IMG/VR virus record: IMGVR_UViG_3300005882_000371
Length of the DNA stretch: 8,170 bases
Strand: one strand, 5' to 3'
Source of the DNA: a virus
In this document: piece by piece, positions 5,146-8,170 of the stretch
Layout of the letters: the number at the start of each line of letters is the position of its first letter
Numbering within the stretch: position 1 is the stretch's first letter
The notes under the pieces: model-generated
What the model saw: the letters and a program-made list of their open reading frames with translations, nothing else
Told to the model about the DNA's origin: nothing
Databases searched by the model: none
Made by a program: the position numbers and the translations under genes

Positions 5146-5253
5146 ATTACGAATAATGCATTTATGTAAAAGAAAAAGCCCGTACTATCAATAGGTTACG
5201 GGCTTCTTTTTACGTTGGGTCGGGGACCTACATAAACGCACATTATACGTAAT
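5146..5253. repeat. Imperfect 108-nt inverted repeat whose arms are dif-like (XerC/XerD-type) motifs; candidate ssDNA-folded attP and/or packaging signal
   Basis: Arm A, plus strand 5146-5172: ATTACGAATAA-TGCAT-TTATGTAAAAG. Arm B, minus strand 5253..5225: ATTACGTATAA-TGTGCGT-TTATGTAGGTC. The arms pair as 6+6+8 bp with one mismatch and an internal bubble exactly at the central region. Compared with E. coli dif (GGTGCGCATAA-TGTATA-TTATGTTAAAT), arm A matches 7/11 and 9/11 and arm B matches 7/11 and 6/11. Confidence 0.6.
5168..5212. terminator. Bidirectional rho-independent terminator at the end of the morphogenesis operon
   Basis: A 9-bp GC-cored stem pairs AAGCCCGTA (5176-5184) with TACGGGCTT (5197-5205), with further pairing possible in the loop (CTAT/ATAG). 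It is followed by CTTTTT on the plus strand and TTTCTTTT on the minus strand. Confidence 0.75.
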
Positions 5254-5295
5254 TTGATATTCACGAAAACAAAGGGCTCTCAGGTATGTAAGCAA

Positions 5296-5406
5296 CTACG
5301 AACCGGAAAACGAAAAAACAAAAGCACAAAGACAAGCCCATACAACGAGACCGAAATCAGCAAACAAAACAAGCTCTAACACTTCTATAAATTCTTGCTC
5401 AGACAT
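5296..5406 (-). CDS. Possible 36-aa hydrophobic micro-ORF downstream of zot
   Basis: SD GGAGAA lies 7 nt upstream of the ATG at 5406. My translation is MSEQEFIEVLELVLFADFGLVVWACLCAFVFSFSGS, with an acidic N-terminus and one TM helix. It lies between zot and the terminator. Below the ORF-track cutoff. Confidence 0.45.
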   Translation of the reverse strand: MSEQEFIEVLELVLFADFGLVVWACLCAFVFSFSGS

Positions 5407-5499
5407 CTAAACATTCTCCAAACAGTTAACGGGCAAAGCCCGTACCCAGACCGCATACCATCCCCAAAATCGTTATGACAATTTGTGCCGAGGAATTAA

Positions 5500-6921
5500 C
5501 TACATGAACTTGTTAGCAGGATTACCAGGTAAAGGTTTAACGTCCGACACTGTGACTGTGGGCGCGGGTATCGCCCCAGGCTTCCCCCCGCGTCCTCGTC
5601 TCAGTTCCTGGGCGTGAAGATGACGGACCATGACGGACCAATCACCTTTGTAGAGCAATAAACCCGATGGTGAGTAATGTTCCTGAAAACCATAAGAACG
5701 TACTTCATCCTGGAAGAATCGCGTTACCAGGGAACCGCCCTGGTAAACGTTGATTGAATACTTAACCTCGCCGCTGTTACTCATAATCAGAGCCGCACCT
5801 AAACGAACCAGGTAACCAGGATCAGTGAAATATGCCTGGAAGTGATCAGCCGGTGATTTCATATATGACGCCAACGGTTGAGGTTCTACGTTACCAGGAA
5901 CGTAAGCAACGTTACTCGGCCCCGCCGATCCTGGTGGTGTTAAGGTGTTAAATTCCCCAGCAAGGTCAGTCTTAGCAATCCGGACACGATCAACATTCCG
6001 AGAATTATCAGGGGAACCCTGATCAGGATTTTTAGGGTCTTCTTTAGAACTGGAGCCAACCATCCCAGCAATACCCGCATCGGACTCAATAACTTTCGAA
6101 AGACTGTTTGCAAAGAACCCAAGCGTTGCCAGTAGGAGGACTCCATACATCGCCAAACGAGGGTCTCGCCATAAAGAGCGAGTTTCTGACGTACCTTTAG
6201 CTTTTCCGGTTTTGGTCGATTGGTAGCAGTCGAAGACGCGGGTGTCCGCCTTGTATTTCTTGGGTGAACCGAGATAGTGCGATGCAGACTTGCCGTTGTT
6301 TTCTGGGTCATGAGAGAACTCCTTCCAGGATGTAGCCCAGGACTTGAGAAAAGCCCCAAGTCCGCGATGACGGTATGCAACCTCTACAACCTGGCGAATT
6401 TCGGGATGGATTTTAGCGATGTTCGGCGTACACAGGTAAATATCCCAGTTGTAGTGCCGGTGCATGTCAAAAGCTTCCTCTACGGTCTCAGGGCGTTCGG
6501 TACTACCATCCCACCACTGATACCGTGTATCGGCCTCTCTCGACTGCTGAAGCTGCTCTGAGGGCAATGGATCACCCTCAGCGTCAGTAAGGGTTAAATC
6601 CAGTTTAGAGAGGTCTCTAAACCGGGTCTTGTTGTACACCTTCTGTGCTTCATCAATGATGATGAGCGCACCCGGTGGGGCCCAATGAAAAAACCGGGCT
6701 ATCGTTTCGAAGCCGGCCTTTTTATCAGGCTCGATATACATAATCTGTGCATCATCCGGTAACCGAATGTCCATCGCCTCCTCTATCTTTCTAGGATCGT
6801 TAAAGCCGCGGATATTGGTTACAACGGTACGTCCTTTCTCGAGCGCTGGAATCGCTACACGCTCCAGGACACCGAAAGACTTAAAAGACCCTGGCGGGCC
6901 GTGATGAATACAACCTGTCAT
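5500..6921 (-). CDS. zot: Zot / pI-family inovirus assembly ATPase, 473 aa
   Basis: IHHGPPGSFKS is a Walker A with an aromatic residue, as in V. cholerae Zot IHHGAPGSYKT. Other matches are ITNIRGFN, LIIIDEAQ (Walker B) and AFDMHRHYNWDIYLCTPNIAKIH (compare Zot AFDMHRHHGWDICLTTPNIAKVH, from memory). One TM helix lies at about aa 256-274, followed by a ~200-aa C-terminal domain. SD GGGAGA lies 6 nt upstream of the ATG. Confidence 0.95.
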   Translation of the reverse strand: MTGCIHHGPPGSFKSFGVLERVAIPALEKGRTVVTNIRGFNDPRKIEEAMDIRLPDDAQIMYIEPDKKAGFETIARFFHWAPPGALIIIDEAQKVYNKTRFRDLSKLDLTLTDAEGDPLPSEQLQQSREADTRYQWWDGSTERPETVEEAFDMHRHYNWDIYLCTPNIAKIHPEIRQVVEVAYRHRGLGAFLKSWATSWKEFSHDPENNGKSASHYLGSPKKYKADTRVFDCYQSTKTGKAKGTSETRSLWRDPRLAMYGVLLLATLGFFANSLSKVIESDAGIAGMVGSSSKEDPKNPDQGSPDNSRNVDRVRIAKTDLAGEFNTLTPPGSAGPSNVAYVPGNVEPQPLASYMKSPADHFQAYFTDPGYLVRLGAALIMSNSGEVKYSINVYQGGSLVTRFFQDEVRSYGFQEHYSPSGLLLYKGDWSVMVRHLHAQELRRGRGGKPGAIPAPTVTVSDVKPLPGNPANKFM

Positions 6922-6932
6922 GAGGTATCTCC

Positions 6933-7253
6933 CTATACCATGTCGAGAATGAAGCGAGTAACAAAGGCGTTAAGCAGTATGTTGATGGCTTCAGGAAAGT
7001 TGTACCGAGTGGCAACCCCTAAAAGATTGGAGTCAAGACTCCCCCACGCCTGGTTAATTACATCGGAGATATTCAGCTGATCGATCATTGCCTGGGCCAC
7101 GCCCCAAGCAAAGCCAATCGCCGCGATCTTCAACTTAAACCACCAGGTGACAACCCATACCATCATCGATGCAAACATCTCATGGATGAAGTTGTAAGAC
7201 TCAGTTGTCATGAAGTCATAAACCCCTTGGATAGCTTCTAAAATCTCACCCAC
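6933..7253 (-). CDS. pVI / Ace-like minor coat protein, 106 aa
   Basis: The GTG start has AGGAGGG 7 nt upstream and overlaps the pIII-like stop by 8 nt. A hydrophobic core reads MMVWVVTWWFKLKIAAIGFAWGVA. The C-terminal LLNAFVTRFILDMV resembles the end of CTXphi Ace (LQALMTRFALRAL, from memory). It occupies the canonical slot between pIII and pI. Confidence 0.8.
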   Translation of the reverse strand: MGEILEAIQGVYDFMTTESYNFIHEMFASMMVWVVTWWFKLKIAAIGFAWGVAQAMIDQLNISDVINQAWGSLDSNLLGVATRYNFPEAINILLNAFVTRFILDMV

Positions 7254-8170
7254 GAGACGACCCTCCTAACACAATATAAGCCGCCAAAATCCCAGCAACA
7301 GCCAGGACAAGCGCACCAAAATTAAACTGATCTAAATACGGAACCCATTTACTGAAACCAATATCACCGGAAACCCCTTTAAGCGTAATCTCATTACTCT
7401 GAATTGTGCCGCCACCATTAACACCGAAATTAAACTTCTGTTTAACCTGGTCTTTAATGTCGTCAAACAGTTCCTGGTACTCGTCTCGGGCTTCATTCAT
7501 TTCGGTCATACCTGACGCGAATTCACCGCCGTCACCCTTATCAAATTCACCGATACACCGATCCATCAAAGGATTCGTATCACAGGTTTCCTCTTCCTGT
7601 TCTTCCCTGGCGTTATCGTCTCCCTGGACCGGTCCTTCTTCCCTGGTCTCGCCGGTCTTGGTTCCGTCCGAAGAAAAATCTTCGACAGTCCTGGTCTGTT
7701 GGGTAGATGTACCACCACCCGTAGCCGTGACAGTCACGCGATTATTACTACGGTCGATGTTGTAGACAGTCTGGGGATGCTGGGTATAGGAAATATTGTT
7801 GGTAGTCTCGACAGTTTTCGAACCATCAGCATTAGTTGTAGTGACTGTTGTTTGGGTATCCGTACGAGTTATGCCGTCCGATCGGGTGACCGTAGTGACA
7901 TCATCCTGGGATTGAACAACAGAACCATCCCCCCGCGTTTCCGTCGTGGTTGTGGTTTGTGTGGTTTGAGTAGTATCACCGACTTGTTCTGTAATGGGAT
8001 CGGTAGAAGTAGTAGATGTACGGCTTTCGCGTGTGTCGGTCGATGCTTCTGTAGATTCATTCGGAACCTCTGGAACTTCAGGATCACCGGCCACACCCGA
8101 CCAAGGTTCATTTTCACCAGGTTCACGCGCAGTACCTGAAGAAACAAAATTCTGATACCTAAAACAAGCA
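7246..8170 (-). CDS. 3' part of the 515-aa pIII-like adsorption protein (the frame stays open to the right window edge; 8072..8170 duplicates 1..99)
   Basis: The track's 282-aa ORF begins at an internal GTG (8094), but the frame has no stop up to 8170 and continues into 1..722 after wrapping. A Thr/Asp/Gln-rich low-complexity region of about 155 aa comes first. A C-terminal domain follows (CDTNPLMDRCIGEF...) and ends in the membrane anchor ALVLAVAGILAAYIVLGG plus SSRG. Confidence 0.85.
   Translation of the reverse strand, partial: ACFRYQNFVSSGTAREPGENEPWSGVAGDPEVPEVPNESTEASTDTRESRTSTTSTDPITEQVGDTTQTTQTTTTTETRGDGSVVQSQDDVTTVTRSDGITRTDTQTTVTTTNADGSKTVETTNNISYTQHPQTVYNIDRSNNRVTVTATGGGTSTQQTRTVEDFSSDGTKTGETREEGPVQGDDNAREEQEEETCDTNPLMDRCIGEFDKGDGGEFASGMTEMNEARDEYQELFDDIKDQVKQKFNFGVNGGGTIQSNEITLKGVSGDIGFSKWVPYLDQFNFGALVLAVAGILAAYIVLGGSSRG
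8072..8170. repeat. Right copy of the exact 99-nt terminal overlap (identical to 1..99)
   Basis: Same comparison as the left copy. The overlap lies inside an open reading frame, which fits a circularisation artefact rather than a biological terminal repeat. Confidence 0.97.

Larger units (their letters stand above)
1..8071 (-). mobile_element. Complete circular genome of a filamentous ssDNA phage (Inoviridae, CTXphi-like organisation), permuted so the pIII-like gene is cut by the window ends
   Basis: The full inovirus core set lies in canonical order on one strand: Rep, ssDNA-binding protein, small ORFs, major coat, pIII-like, pVI-like, Zot/pI. A divergent HTH repressor is present. An exact 99-nt end overlap gives an 8,071-bp circle. 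No host housekeeping genes are present. Confidence 0.9.

Noticed and set aside
5242-5247. Perfect TATAAT on the minus strand, as a promoter for a short RNA ending at the terminator
   Set aside because: No acceptable -35 element lies at 16-18 nt and there is no TGn extension. The hexamer is better explained as part of dif-like arm B (CGTATAATGTG).
5940-6561. ORFs 5940..6380(-) and 6277..6561(+) inside zot
   Set aside because: They are alternative-frame or antisense frames within a gene that has unambiguous Zot motifs.
5500-6921. Calling the Zot homologue an enterotoxin or virulence factor
   Set aside because: The similarity is strongest in the N-terminal assembly-ATPase domain that all inovirus pI proteins share. 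The C-terminal region, which carries the toxin activity in V. cholerae Zot, is not visibly conserved.
7930-7950. RGD tripeptide (ETRGDGS) in the pIII-like linker
   Set aside because: A tripeptide in a low-complexity region is expected by chance. No integrin-type biology is plausible for a bacterial virus from sequence alone.
7406-8147. Plus-strand ORFs 7406..7765 and 7699..8139, and minus-strand ORF 7869..8147
   Set aside because: The long open frames arise from the repetitive ACN/GAY/CAR codon usage of the Thr-rich pIII linker. Their compositions are Ser/Arg/Cys-rich nonsense and they lack SDs.
1-8170. Scan for tRNA, rRNA, CRISPR arrays, integrase or transposase genes and IS-type terminal inverted repeats
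   Set aside because: I found no cloverleaf-like T-loop motifs, no regularly spaced direct repeats, and no ORF with recombinase or transposase hallmarks. All ORFs over 100 aa are accounted for by phage core functions.

Overview
This window is a complete, circularly permuted genome of a filamentous ssDNA phage (Inoviridae, CTXphi-like module order), not a chromosomal segment. nt 1-99 are identical to nt 8072-8170, so the unit circle is 8,071 bp. Almost all genes lie on the minus strand, which is presumably the packaged strand. In transcription order they are: a 73-aa ORF, a Rep_trans/RstA-like replication initiator, a gene-V-like ssDNA-binding protein, a 43-aa Cys-rich micro-ORF, a 105-aa membrane protein, the major coat protein, a strong terminator, a 515-aa pIII-like adsorption protein split by the window ends (its 5' half is absent from the ORF track), a pVI/Ace-like protein and a Zot/pI-like assembly ATPase. 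An accessory operon follows: a basic 84-96-aa protein, an XRE HTH protein and two micro-ORFs. The only convincing plus-strand gene is an HTH repressor transcribed divergently from the replication operon. I see no integrase, secretin, tRNA, rRNA or CRISPR array. The most interesting signals are all non-coding or sub-threshold. (1) Two dif-like motifs in inverted orientation flank the post-zot terminator hairpin, a candidate CTXphi-style ssDNA-folded XerCD attP or a packaging signal. (2) A C6/G7 hairpin in a GC-rich island has a loop reading ACT-AATAG on the coding strand, resembling the f1 gpII and pT181 RepC nick sites, so it is a candidate plus-strand origin. (3) A toxin-antitoxin-like or regulatory cargo operon sits in the cargo slot. 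(4) A zinc-ribbon-like micro-protein sits where Ff phages carry gVII/gIX. All functional calls rest on by-eye motif recognition and gene order; no database search was possible.
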